From: Novosphingobium sp.
GTDB lineage: Bacteria; Pseudomonadota; Alphaproteobacteria; Sphingomonadales; Sphingomonadaceae
Assembly (NCBI GenBank): GCA_046290865.1
Contig: JBKBUD010000003.1
Span: 8,600 to 72,599, forward strand
Length of the DNA: 64,000 nucleotides
Direction of reading: 5' to 3'
A model generated the notes under the pieces. That model was not told the origin of the DNA. It saw only the letters and a program-made list of their open reading frames with translations, and searched no databases. Shown here piece after piece: positions 45,332-55,400 of the stretch. A program made the translations under genes and the position numbers. Within the stretch, counting starts at the first letter, position 1, and the number at the start of each line of letters is the position of its first letter.

Positions 45332-45419
45332 CGTCACCCCGGGCTGGCCCAGGGGTCCCGCTTTTCCACCTGCGGCGGTTCGATAAATAGCGGGATCCCG
45401 GGTTTAGCCCGGGATGACG
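45332..45419. repeat. REP/REPIN-like composite palindrome
   Basis: 31-bp arms CGTCACCCCGGGCTGGCCCAGGGGTCCCGCT and AGCGGGATCCCGGGTTTAGCCCGGGATGACG are imperfect inverted repeats, each internally palindromic. Confidence 0.75.
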
Positions 45420-45433
45420 TTGGAGGTTATCAA

Positions 45434-46870
45434 GTGTCACAGCTCAAGGACGTCTACCCGCTCTACCTCAACAACAAGGCGGTGCAGCCCAACGCCGACC
45501 TGAAGGTTACGGACAAGTTCACCGGCGAAGTTGCCTTCCGCACCGCGCTTGCCACGCCTGACGTGATCGACGAAGCGATTGCTGGTGCCGTCCGCGCAGC
45601 CGAGCCCATGTCCCGGCTGGCGTCCTACGAAAAGCGCGACGTCCTCGACCACTGTGTCCGCCGCTTTGCCGAACGCAAAGACGAGCTGGCCTATGCCCTG
45701 TGCGTCGAGGCCGGGAAGCCCATTGCCGATTCCGAAGGCGAGGTCGGTCGCCTGATCGACACCTTCCGCATCGCTGCCGAGGAAGCCACCCGCAACTACG
45801 GCGAAGTCCAGCCGCTCGACATCAGCCCGCGCGCCAAAGGCTACATGGGCATGTGGAAGCGCGTGCCGATCGGGCCGTGCAGCTTCATCTCGCCGTTCAA
45901 CTTCCCGCTGAACCTCGCGGCCCACAAGATTGCGCCTGCGATCGCCATGGGCTGCCCCTTCGTGATGAAGCCCGCCTCGCTCACTCCCCTCGGCGCGATC
46001 ATCATGGGCGAAGTCCTCGCCGAATGCGACGTCCTGCCCGAGGGTGCCTTCTCGATCCTGCCCGCCAGCCGCGATGGCGCTGACCTGTTCACCACCGACG
46101 AGCGGCTGAAGCTCCTTTCCTTCACCGGCTCGCCCGGCGTCGGCTGGGAACTCAAGGCCAAGGCGGGCAAGAAGAAGGTCGTCCTCGAACTCGGCGGCAA
46201 TGCGGCCGTCGTGGTCGACAAGGACGCCGACCTCGACCATGCGCTCGCCCGCATCATCTTCGGCGGGTACTACCAGTCCGGCCAGTCGTGCATCCACGTC
46301 CAGCGCGTGATCATCCACGCCGATATCTACGACCAGTTCCGCGACATGCTCGCCGCCAAGGTCAAGACTCTCAAGTCCGGTGACCCCAAGAACCGTGATA
46401 CCTTCATCGGTCCGATGATCTCGGCCAAGGAAGCCCAGCGCCTCAAGACCTGGATCGATGCGGCTGTGGCAGGCGGGGCGAAGCTGCTCGCCGGCGGTGG
46501 CTGCGAAGGCAACATGCTCGAGGCGACTCTGCTCGAAGGCTGCAGCCGCGACATGGACGTCTACACCGAAGAAGCCTTCGGCCCCGTCGTCATCCTGTCG
46601 AAGTTCACCGACTGGGATGCCGCGCTCGAAGAGGTGAACGACAGCAAGTTCGGCCTCCAGGCCGGCCTGTTCACGTCCGACATCCACAAGGTCATGGACG
46701 CCTGGGACAAGCTCGATGTTGGCGGCATCGTCGTCAACGACGTCTCGTCCTACCGCGTCGACAACATGCCCTATGGCGGCGTCAAGGATTCGGGCCTTGG
46801 CCGCGAAGGCATCCGTTTCGCGATGGAAGATATGTCCGAAATCCGGAACATGGTGATCCGGCGGCGCTGA
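45434..46870 (+). CDS. NAD(P)-dependent aldehyde dehydrogenase
   Basis: GTG after GGAGG; SPFNFP, FTGS, LELGGN, GQSCI (catalytic Cys), EEAFGP and PYGGVKDSG motifs. Confidence 0.93.
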   Translation: MSQLKDVYPLYLNNKAVQPNADLKVTDKFTGEVAFRTALATPDVIDEAIAGAVRAAEPMSRLASYEKRDVLDHCVRRFAERKDELAYALCVEAGKPIADSEGEVGRLIDTFRIAAEEATRNYGEVQPLDISPRAKGYMGMWKRVPIGPCSFISPFNFPLNLAAHKIAPAIAMGCPFVMKPASLTPLGAIIMGEVLAECDVLPEGAFSILPASRDGADLFTTDERLKLLSFTGSPGVGWELKAKAGKKKVVLELGGNAAVVVDKDADLDHALARIIFGGYYQSGQSCIHVQRVIIHADIYDQFRDMLAAKVKTLKSGDPKNRDTFIGPMISAKEAQRLKTWIDAAVAGGAKLLAGGGCEGNMLEATLLEGCSRDMDVYTEEAFGPVVILSKFTDWDAALEEVNDSKFGLQAGLFTSDIHKVMDAWDKLDVGGIVVNDVSSYRVDNMPYGGVKDSGLGREGIRFAMEDMSEIRNMVIRRR

Positions 46871-47056
46871 GATTTGTCGAGGTTTGCCGCGTATCTTGCC
46901 GATATGTTTCCATGAAACCGGATTAGCCACTTGAACCCATGGGGCAGAGTGTCCTAGTCTCCGGTCAAACGGGGTCGCATTGCAGCACTTCCGGCCAGAG
47001 CTTCCGCACAAGGCATAAAGCCGCGCGGCAGGCAGCGCCGGTGGGGACGAGGGGCA

Positions 47057-48478
47057 ATGCAGGGTATCATCTTGGGAATCGGGCGACTGGCGGCACTTTG
47101 CCGGGCGATTCCGCGCTCCGGCGCTGTGGCTGTTGCAGCGTGTCTGGCCATGGCCGGAGCCTCGCTCGGCGCCTCCTCGCTCATCTCGCCTGCTGCAGTT
47201 CAGGCTCAGGGCACTGCACCGGCAGTTCTGCGCGGACACGTCGGAGTCGCCTCGTGCGCCGGTTCCACCTGCCATGGCCGCAGCGTCGCCGACGGAGCGG
47301 TTGTCCGTCAGGATGAACTCATGCGCTGGCAGGAAGATTCCTCGCCCTCCGGAGCGCACAGCCGCGCGTGGCGCGTGATTCAGGAGCCGCGCGGTCAGGC
47401 AATCGTCCGCCGCATGGGCCTTGATACCGCTGGCGTGCAGCGCGAATGCGCCGGTTGCCATGCCTCGCCGGGCTCCTCGCGCCCGTCCGATGGCGTCGAT
47501 TGCGAAGCCTGTCATGGTGCATCCGGCGGCTGGCTTTCCACCCACTACACCGTCGGTGCCAGCCACGCCCGCAACGTCGCGCAAGGCATGACCGATCTGA
47601 CCCGCCCGCAGGTCAAGGCCCAGGTCTGCCTCGATTGCCACTTCTCCGGTGATGCCAAGGGCCAGTTCATCGCCCACCGCATCATGGCCGCCGGCCACCC
47701 GCGCATCTCGTTCGAACTGGACCTGTTCACCACGCTCCAGCAGCACCATGACGAGGACGCCGACTACGTCCAGCGCAAGGGCGGCAAGACCAACTCGATG
47801 CGCATGTGGGCCGTGGGCCAAGCCGAAGCCGTCAAGCGCAGCCTCGAACTCTACAGCCAGCCGGCCCGGGCGATGGACGGGATCTTCCCCGAATTCACCT
47901 TCTACGATTGCCACTCCTGCCACCGCCGCATTTATGACAGCGAGGACGGCAACGTTACCGCCGTGCGCAATCCGGGCCGCCCCGTCGATCTCGGCACGCC
48001 GCCCTACAACGACGAGAACATGATTATGCTTCTCGCCGCCGCCCGCGTCGTCGCACCCGATGCGGCTGCCACGTTCGACGCCCGCGCCAAGGCCTTCCAC
48101 AAGGCGATGCTGGCCAACCGCGCCGAAACCGTCGCCGCGGCTCAGGCGCTGCGCCAGTCGGCCGATGCGCTGTCTTCGCGCTTTGCCTCTGCCAGCTTCA
48201 CCCGCGAACAGACCTTCGCCATCATGGACTCCATCGCCAGCGACGCCATCGGCGAGCGCTTCACCGATTACGAAGGCGCAGTGCAGTCGGTCATGGCGGT
48301 CGACACCCTGCTCAACGGCCTCGTCAATCAGGGCATGGTCGCGCCGGGTTCGGCCAATGGCCTGCGTGTCCAGATCAACCAGGCCTATGCCGCCGTTCGT
48401 GATCCCAACGGCTTCCAGCCCCTTGCCTTCCGCCGCGCTCTCGGCAGCGCGGTACGTTCGATCCGGAGCCTTCGCTGA
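47057..48478 (+). CDS. Periplasmic multihaem c-type cytochrome (c554-like; 4 CxxCH + 1 CX4CH)
   Basis: Signal peptide; CAGSTCH, CAGCH, CEACH, CLDCH and CHSCH; helical C-terminal domain. Confidence 0.88.
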   Translation: MQGIILGIGRLAALCRAIPRSGAVAVAACLAMAGASLGASSLISPAAVQAQGTAPAVLRGHVGVASCAGSTCHGRSVADGAVVRQDELMRWQEDSSPSGAHSRAWRVIQEPRGQAIVRRMGLDTAGVQRECAGCHASPGSSRPSDGVDCEACHGASGGWLSTHYTVGASHARNVAQGMTDLTRPQVKAQVCLDCHFSGDAKGQFIAHRIMAAGHPRISFELDLFTTLQQHHDEDADYVQRKGGKTNSMRMWAVGQAEAVKRSLELYSQPARAMDGIFPEFTFYDCHSCHRRIYDSEDGNVTAVRNPGRPVDLGTPPYNDENMIMLLAAARVVAPDAAATFDARAKAFHKAMLANRAETVAAAQALRQSADALSSRFASASFTREQTFAIMDSIASDAIGERFTDYEGAVQSVMAVDTLLNGLVNQGMVAPGSANGLRVQINQAYAAVRDPNGFQPLAFRRALGSAVRSIRSLR

Positions 48479-50466
48479 TGCGCATGCCGTTGGCTTTCCG
48501 GCAGACCACCGCCGTCGCACTCGCGCTCTCTCTCACACTGTCAGGGTGCGGCGGCGGTGATTCTGGCTCGGGCGGTACGTTCACGCCGACTCCCACGCCG
48601 ACCTCGGCCTCGCGCTTCTTCGCCGATCCTGCGCAGGAAGCGCTGACGGCTGCCGAAGTCCAGCAGATCATCGCGCAGGCCGTGGGTGAGGCCAAGGCGC
48701 TCAATTACCCCGCCATCATCGCTGTGGTCGATCGTGTCGGCAATGTCCTTGCCGTATTCCGCATGAACGGTGCGGCCACCCGCATGCTGATCAGCCAGCG
48801 CACTGCCACCGGCGAAATCTCCCCGCGCGAGGTCGATGCCCAGGGCCTCGAAGTCGAAGCGACGATGGGGGCGATCTCCAAGGCCGTGACTGCCGCCTAC
48901 CTGTCGTCCAGCGGGAACGCCTTCTCCACCCGGACGGCCAGCATGATCGTGCAGGAGCATTTCCCTCCCGCACCCAACACGCCCGGCCTGGAATCCGGCC
49001 CGCTGTTCGGCGTGCAGTTCAGCCAGTTGCCCTGTTCCGACCTTGCTGCCCGCTTCGCCACCGGTAACGCCGGAAGCGCCGCCTTCATCGGCCCCAAGCG
49101 CGCCCCGCTGGGCCTTTCTGCTGACCCTGGCGGATTGCCGCTCTACAAGAATGGCGTCGTCGTCGGCGGTATCGGCATCATGGCCGATGGCGACTATGCC
49201 TATGACCCCGACGTTACGGACGTCGATGGCGATCCCGAAGAGTTCATGGCGCTCGCCGGTATCCAGGGCTTTGCCCCGCCAGCCGAGATCCGCGCCGACC
49301 GCATCCCGGTTGACGGATCGACCCTGCGCTTCTCCGATGCCCGCGTCGAAGGCTTGCACCCTCTGCAGACCAGCTTCTCTGCGATCAACAACACTGCCGG
49401 AACCCTGATCCCGGTGCGCGGATACTACGACGGAACCGCCGTCCTTGCCGGAACGCCTTACGGCACCGAAGCCAGCGGCATCCGCAGGGCCACCTCTGCC
49501 GAATTTTCGCTCGCAGATGCCTATGTGCTGAGTAACGGTTCTGGCACCAATCGTTACCCGATCAAGGCCGGCACCGATGCCGCTGCGGTCGGCACGCCGT
49601 TGACCGCTGCCGAAGTCCGCGCCGTGCTCGAAGAGGCCTTCACGATCATGACGCGCGCCCGCGCGCAGATCCGCCGTCCGCTCGACAGCCGCGCGCAAGT
49701 CTCGATCTCGGTGGTCGATACTTACGGCGAGGTCCTCGGCCTCGTCCGCGGGCCAGACGCGCCGATCTTCGGCATCGACGTCTCGCTGCAGAAGGCGCGA
49801 ACGGCAGCGTTCTTCTCCAACCCGGTCGCTGCACAACAGCTTCAGGACGATACCGACGCCGAGATCCCCGCGTTCGTCCAGCGCGCTCGCGATTTCCTTG
49901 GGGATCAGACGGCGCTGACGGGCAAGATCGCCTTTGCCGATCGCTCTGGCGGCAACTTGTCCCGTCCGTTCTTCCCCGACGGCGAGGTCGGCCGCCCGCA
50001 CGGCCCGTTCTCGCGTCCGATCAATGATTTCAGCCCTCTCGCCACCGGTCTCCAGATCGCCCTGGTCAAGGCCAACCTGCTCCAGCACGCGGTCTTCGTC
50101 GAAGGCTCGCTGAATGCGCGCGACGTGGTGCAGCGCTGCACGGCGGTCCCCGATACCCCGACCGGCAAGAAGCGCCTCGCCAACGGCATCCAGATTTTCC
50201 CCGGCTCGGTCCCGATCTACCGCAACGGCAAGCTCGTCGGCGCCATCGGCATTTCGGGTGACGGCATCGATCAGGACGACATGATCGCCTTCCTCGGTAC
50301 GCACAACGGCGGGGCCAAGGTCGGGACCATCGGCAATGCGCCCAAGGAAATCCGCGCTGACACCATCGTCGTGCCGGTCGGGCAGGGCGTCCGCCTGCGC
50401 TACGTCAACTGCCCCTTCGCCCCGTTCCTCGATACGAGCGAACAGAATGTCTGCGAGGGCAAGTGA
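48478..50466 (+). CDS. Lipoprotein with two GlcG/HbpS-like haem-binding domains
   Basis: LSGC lipobox and PT linker; two repeats of (I/V)(A/S)VVDxxG...KAxTAA...G(G/S)xPxY(K/R)NGxxVG(G/A)IGI. Confidence 0.82.
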   Translation: MRMPLAFRQTTAVALALSLTLSGCGGGDSGSGGTFTPTPTPTSASRFFADPAQEALTAAEVQQIIAQAVGEAKALNYPAIIAVVDRVGNVLAVFRMNGAATRMLISQRTATGEISPREVDAQGLEVEATMGAISKAVTAAYLSSSGNAFSTRTASMIVQEHFPPAPNTPGLESGPLFGVQFSQLPCSDLAARFATGNAGSAAFIGPKRAPLGLSADPGGLPLYKNGVVVGGIGIMADGDYAYDPDVTDVDGDPEEFMALAGIQGFAPPAEIRADRIPVDGSTLRFSDARVEGLHPLQTSFSAINNTAGTLIPVRGYYDGTAVLAGTPYGTEASGIRRATSAEFSLADAYVLSNGSGTNRYPIKAGTDAAAVGTPLTAAEVRAVLEEAFTIMTRARAQIRRPLDSRAQVSISVVDTYGEVLGLVRGPDAPIFGIDVSLQKARTAAFFSNPVAAQQLQDDTDAEIPAFVQRARDFLGDQTALTGKIAFADRSGGNLSRPFFPDGEVGRPHGPFSRPINDFSPLATGLQIALVKANLLQHAVFVEGSLNARDVVQRCTAVPDTPTGKKRLANGIQIFPGSVPIYRNGKLVGAIGISGDGIDQDDMIAFLGTHNGGAKVGTIGNAPKEIRADTIVVPVGQGVRLRYVNCPFAPFLDTSEQNVCEGK

Positions 50467-52472
50467 TGCAGCAGGTCGCTCTCCTTCTCGCACCGGTCCT
50501 CGGCATCACCCAGCCGCATGTCCAGCCCGCGCCACTGACGTTCTACCTGCAGGACGCGTCAGGATCGGCACCGGGAACGGCCGAGCCCCAGCAAGCGCCA
50601 ACGGTTGACAGCAAGGCGCCGCTCCCCGGTGGCGAGACCGACGCCGACGGTGCGCTGATCGATGGCCGCCGCCGCCCCGGCTTCAACAAGCAGCTCCCCG
50701 AGAAGGTCGAGCAGGACAATCCCGGCGCCGTCAATGCTCCGCCGCCGGAGGCGTTCTACGACAAGTATGACGGCGAAGGCCCTGTCGGCGATCTCGGCCT
50801 CGACGTCAGCCTGCCCGATCGCTGGCGCATCATGGCCTCGCTGTGTCCCAAGAAGGATCCGGCGACTGGCAAGAAGGACCGCTCTCTTTACACCCTGTTC
50901 CCGAAGCTCGAATTTGCCTGCCATTCGCAGCTCGATCCGTTTCATCACAACCTCCTGAAGGGCGACCGCCCGCTCGCACGCGGCAAGCGTCCCGGCTTCC
51001 TCAAGGGGGACGACTGGTACCTGCTGGCAGGCGCGGTTTCCGATACCGTGGTCGAGCCGCGCAGCTTCCCGATCCCGGTTGGCAATCAGACGACGACCAA
51101 CCCCAACGAGATCGACACTTTCGGCCGCAGCCACAGCCTCGTGCTGTCGCAGACCTTCATCGCGAGCCTCTCGCTGCTCAAGGGCATGACCGCCTACAAG
51201 CCGCCGGTGGTCGAGTACCGCATCGCCATCGCCGGCAACATCAACCACGTCGAAGTCCCGGAACGCCGCGTCCTGTTCGTCGAACCGTCCAAGGGCACCA
51301 AGCGCACCGACGGCTTCATCGGCCTGCAGGAAGCCTTCATCGACTACCACATTGGCCGGTTCGACACGAAGCGCTACGATTTCATCTCCTTGCGCACCGG
51401 CATCCAGCCGATGCAGTCGGATTTCCGCGGCTTCCTGTTCAACGACAACCAGCTTGGCATCCGCCTCTTCGGCAACCGTGACAACAACCGCGTCCAGTTC
51501 AATCTCGCGGCGTTCTGGCGGCTCGAGAAGGAAACCAACTCGGGCCTCAACGACATCAGCCGCGCCCCGCGCAATGACTGGGTGTTCATGGCGAACCTTT
51601 ATCGCCAGGACTTCCCCGTCGTCGGCCTGACCAGCCAGATTTCGGTCACCTACAACATGAACCGTGAGCGCAACGAGATCACGGTCGACACCAACGGCTT
51701 CCCTGTCCGTCCGGCGCTGATCGGCGACTTGCGGGGCCGCGAGTATGACGTCGTCTATCTCGGCTATGCGGCTGACGGCCATATCGGCCGCCTCAACCTC
51801 ACCGCGCAGGCCTATGCCGCGCTGGGTGAGGACCGGAACAATTTCCTCACCAGCCGCGCGGCCGAGATCAAGGCCTTCATGGCTGCGGCCGAGGTCAGCT
51901 ACGACTTCGACTGGACCCGCGTTCGGCTGTCGGGCCTCTGGGCCAGCGGTGACAGCGACCCTTACGACAAGACCGAAGGCGGCTTCGACGCGATCTTTGA
52001 AAACCCCCAGTTCGCCGGTGCCGATACCAGCTACTGGATCCGCCAGACCATCCCGTTCGCGGGCGGCGGCCGCAACATTTCGGTCAATGGTCGCAACGGC
52101 ATCCTCAATTCGCTGCGCTCGTCGAAGGAACAGGGCCAGTCGAACTTCACCAACCCCGGCACCATGCTGGTCGGCCTCGGCACCGATTTCGACCTGACGC
52201 CCACCTTGCGCGTCTCGACCAACGTCAATCACCTCTGGTTCGAGAACACCAAGATCCTGCAGGTCCTGCGGAACGAAGGCTCGATCCCGCGCGACATCGG
52301 CTGGGACGCCTCGGTCTCGGCGATCTGGCGCCCCAACGCCTCGCAGAACCTCGTCTTCCGCCTCTCGGGCGCCGTGCTCGATCCGGGCGCGGGCTTCGAT
52401 GATCTCTTTGCCCAGATGGGCAAGGCAAGCCGCTTCTACTCCGTCCTCGCCAATGCGACCCTGGCCTTCTGA
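50466..52472 (+). CDS. Probable outer-membrane beta-barrel protein
   Basis: N-terminal extension followed by many amphipathic aromatic-rich strands; ends YSVLANATLAF (terminal-Phe beta-signal). Confidence 0.72.
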   Translation: MQQVALLLAPVLGITQPHVQPAPLTFYLQDASGSAPGTAEPQQAPTVDSKAPLPGGETDADGALIDGRRRPGFNKQLPEKVEQDNPGAVNAPPPEAFYDKYDGEGPVGDLGLDVSLPDRWRIMASLCPKKDPATGKKDRSLYTLFPKLEFACHSQLDPFHHNLLKGDRPLARGKRPGFLKGDDWYLLAGAVSDTVVEPRSFPIPVGNQTTTNPNEIDTFGRSHSLVLSQTFIASLSLLKGMTAYKPPVVEYRIAIAGNINHVEVPERRVLFVEPSKGTKRTDGFIGLQEAFIDYHIGRFDTKRYDFISLRTGIQPMQSDFRGFLFNDNQLGIRLFGNRDNNRVQFNLAAFWRLEKETNSGLNDISRAPRNDWVFMANLYRQDFPVVGLTSQISVTYNMNRERNEITVDTNGFPVRPALIGDLRGREYDVVYLGYAADGHIGRLNLTAQAYAALGEDRNNFLTSRAAEIKAFMAAAEVSYDFDWTRVRLSGLWASGDSDPYDKTEGGFDAIFENPQFAGADTSYWIRQTIPFAGGGRNISVNGRNGILNSLRSSKEQGQSNFTNPGTMLVGLGTDFDLTPTLRVSTNVNHLWFENTKILQVLRNEGSIPRDIGWDASVSAIWRPNASQNLVFRLSGAVLDPGAGFDDLFAQMGKASRFYSVLANATLAF

Positions 52473-55400
52473 TGACCCAGCTCATGACCCAAACGCGCCG
52501 CCTTCGCACTCTCTCGCTGGCATGGCTGGTCGCCGCGCTTGCTGCGCTGCTGGTCCCGAGCGCGCTCTACGCCTCGGGCGAGGAACCCGCGCAGAAGGTC
52601 AGCCACACCCGCGCCCCCGCCGCGCCGCGCGGCCAGCCGGGTGACACTGCGGAAGAGCAGTGGGCCTACGTCGACAAGCAGAACGCCGGGTGCGTCAGCT
52701 GCCACACCAAGAGCGATCACCGCACCATGCACGCCAGCCCGGCGGTGGTGCTGTCCTGCGCCGATTGCCACGGCGGCAACACCAAGGTCATGGCCGACCG
52801 CTCGTGGAACCGCAATTCGATCGAATACATTGCCGCGCTGAAGGACGCGCATGTCCTTCCGAAGTATCCGGCGGCTTGGGGCTGGCCCTCTTCGGCCAAT
52901 CCCAAGCGCTCCTATGGTTTGCTCGCCAAGGAAAGCCCGGAATTCATCCGCTTCATCAACCCGTCGGACTATCGCGTCGCCCGCGATTCCTGCGGCGCCT
53001 GCCACATGCAGATCATCGAAGCGTCAGAACGCTCGCTGATGTCGACCGGCGCCATGCTGTGGGGCGGCGCGGCCTACAATAACGGCATCGTCCCCTTCAA
53101 GAACTACCTCTTCGGCGAAAGCTTCACCCGCAATGGCGAGCCCGCCCTGCTCAAGTCCGCGTCGAAGGAAATCGGCCCCGATGGCAAGCCGATGTGGGGG
53201 ACCGTCACGCCGAAGGAGAAGGCGCGCGGCGCATTGCCGATCATGTATCCGCTGCCGCGCTGGCACACGATCCCGCCGGGCGACGTCTTCCGCGTGTTCG
53301 AGGACGGCGGCCGCACGATCAACCCGCAGTTCCCCGAAATCGGCTTGCCCAACTCGACGGGCCTGATCCAGCGCCTCGACGAGCCGGGCCGCCCTGACCT
53401 GAAGCAGTCCAACCGTGGCCCCGCCACCGGCCTGCGCGTCGCGATTCCGGTGCTCAACATCCACAAGACGCGCCTCAATGACCCGTTCCTGTTCCAGATG
53501 GGCACCAACGACCAGCCGGGCGACTACCGCTCCTCGGGCTGCGCTGCCTGCCATGTCATCTACGCCAACGACCGCGAACCACGCCACTCGCTGAACTACG
53601 GCAAGTGCGGGCGGGATGGCCAGACGATCACCGCCGACCCGACGATCAATTCCCTGCGCGAAGGCCAGCACCGCAAGGGCGCCTACGGCTCCTATGACGC
53701 TGAAAAGGCAGAGCATCACGACAAGGTCCGCGGCACCGTGCTCGGCGGCAAGCGTGGTTACCTCGGTGGCGACCGGACCGATCCAGAACAGTCGGCCGAC
53801 ATGGAGGGCGATTGCGCCCGCGCCATCTCGTCTGCCGAACAGCTGGTCTATTCGCCGGGCAAGGGCGTCGCCCCCCATGGTTCGATGGATCATGACAAGA
53901 TGGACCAGGCCTCGGCCCACGCCATGGCCGGTCTGGATGCCAAGGGGCACCCGAAGAAGGATGCCCACGGCGAGGACGCGCACGACTCTGATGGCCCCGT
54001 TGCGATGCAGGATCGCGAACGGGGGCACCCGCTGGTCCACGCCTTCACCCGCGCGATCCCGACGGCGCAGTGCATGAACTGCCACATGCACCAGCCCAAC
54101 ATCTTCCTGAACTCGTACCTCGGTTACACCATGTGGGACTATGAGTCCGACGCGCCGAGCATGTGGCCGGGACCTGAAAACCGCGCGCCAAAGCCCGCCG
54201 GCATGTCCGATGCGGACTACGAGAAGACGTTCAGGAAGCAGTTCTATCCGAATATCGACGAGCAGCGCGAAGTGCTCGATCGCAACCCGGAGGGTGCGTC
54301 CACCCGCGGCCTGTGGCGCGATGTCGAGTTCCTGCGCAACGTCTATGACCTGAACGACAAGCTCGAACGCACCCAGTTTGCCGATTACCACGGCCATGGC
54401 TGGAACTTCCGCGCAATCCTCAAGCGCGATCGCCGCGGCAACCTGCTCGATGACGAAGGCGACATGTCGTCCTACGGCACCGACAAGGCGCACATCATCT
54501 CGCCCGAGGATCCCGAAAAGTTCCGCAAGGCAGGCGAGGGCAAGTTCGTCGAACCGGGCGAAAGCAACCCCGGCAAGGCTGTCCACATGATGGACATCCA
54601 TGCTCAGCTCGGCATGCAGTGCGCCGATTGTCACTTCTCGCAGGACAGCCACGGCAACGGCATGATCTACGGCGAAGTCGCCAATGCGGTCGAGATCGGC
54701 TGCAAGGACTGCCACGGTACGCCGGACAATTACCCGACGCTGCTGACCTCGAACATGGCGGCGCCCGAAAAGGGCAACAACCTCGCGCTGCTGCGCAATG
54801 CCGATGGCCAGCGCCGCTTCGAATGGTTCAATGAGGCCGATGGGCGGCGCGTGCTGGTCCAGCGCTCGATCATCGATCCCAACCTGTCCTGGCGCGTCAG
54901 CCTGGTGAAGGATTCGGTCGACGCTCGCTATGCCGGCAAGATGGATTCCACCGGCAAGCCGATCTTCAACCCGAAGGCCGCGCGTGCCAAGCTCATGGCC
55001 AAGTCCGCGTCAGAGGACGGCGTCTACAAGTTCGGCACCGGCGTGCCCAAGGAAGCCCGCGCCCACCGTGACGACGACATGGCCTGCTTCACCTGCCACC
55101 TGTCGTGGACCACGTCGTGCGCCGGCTGCCACCTGCCGATCGAGGCGAACTGGAAGTCGGCCACGCACAAGTACGAGGAAGACTATACCCGCAACTACGC
55201 GACCTATAACCCGCAGGTCGCGCGCGATGACATGTTCCAACTCGGCAAGCACCAGCGCAACAAGTCGTCCGGCTCCGATCCGGTGCAGTTCGATGCGTCG
55301 GGCAACCCCGTCGCGGGCAAGGCGATCACCGCGCCGATCCGCTCCACCTCGGCGCTGATCCTGTCGTCGACCAACATCAACCGCGAACGCATCTATGTGC

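Noticed and set aside
45437-48520. 1027-aa minus-strand ORF, and similar long antisense ORFs (14842-17307, 33423-35981, 37716-40073, 48541-50493)
   Set aside because: They mirror well-supported plus-strand genes, show no motifs, and are the expected shadow ORFs of high-GC codon usage.
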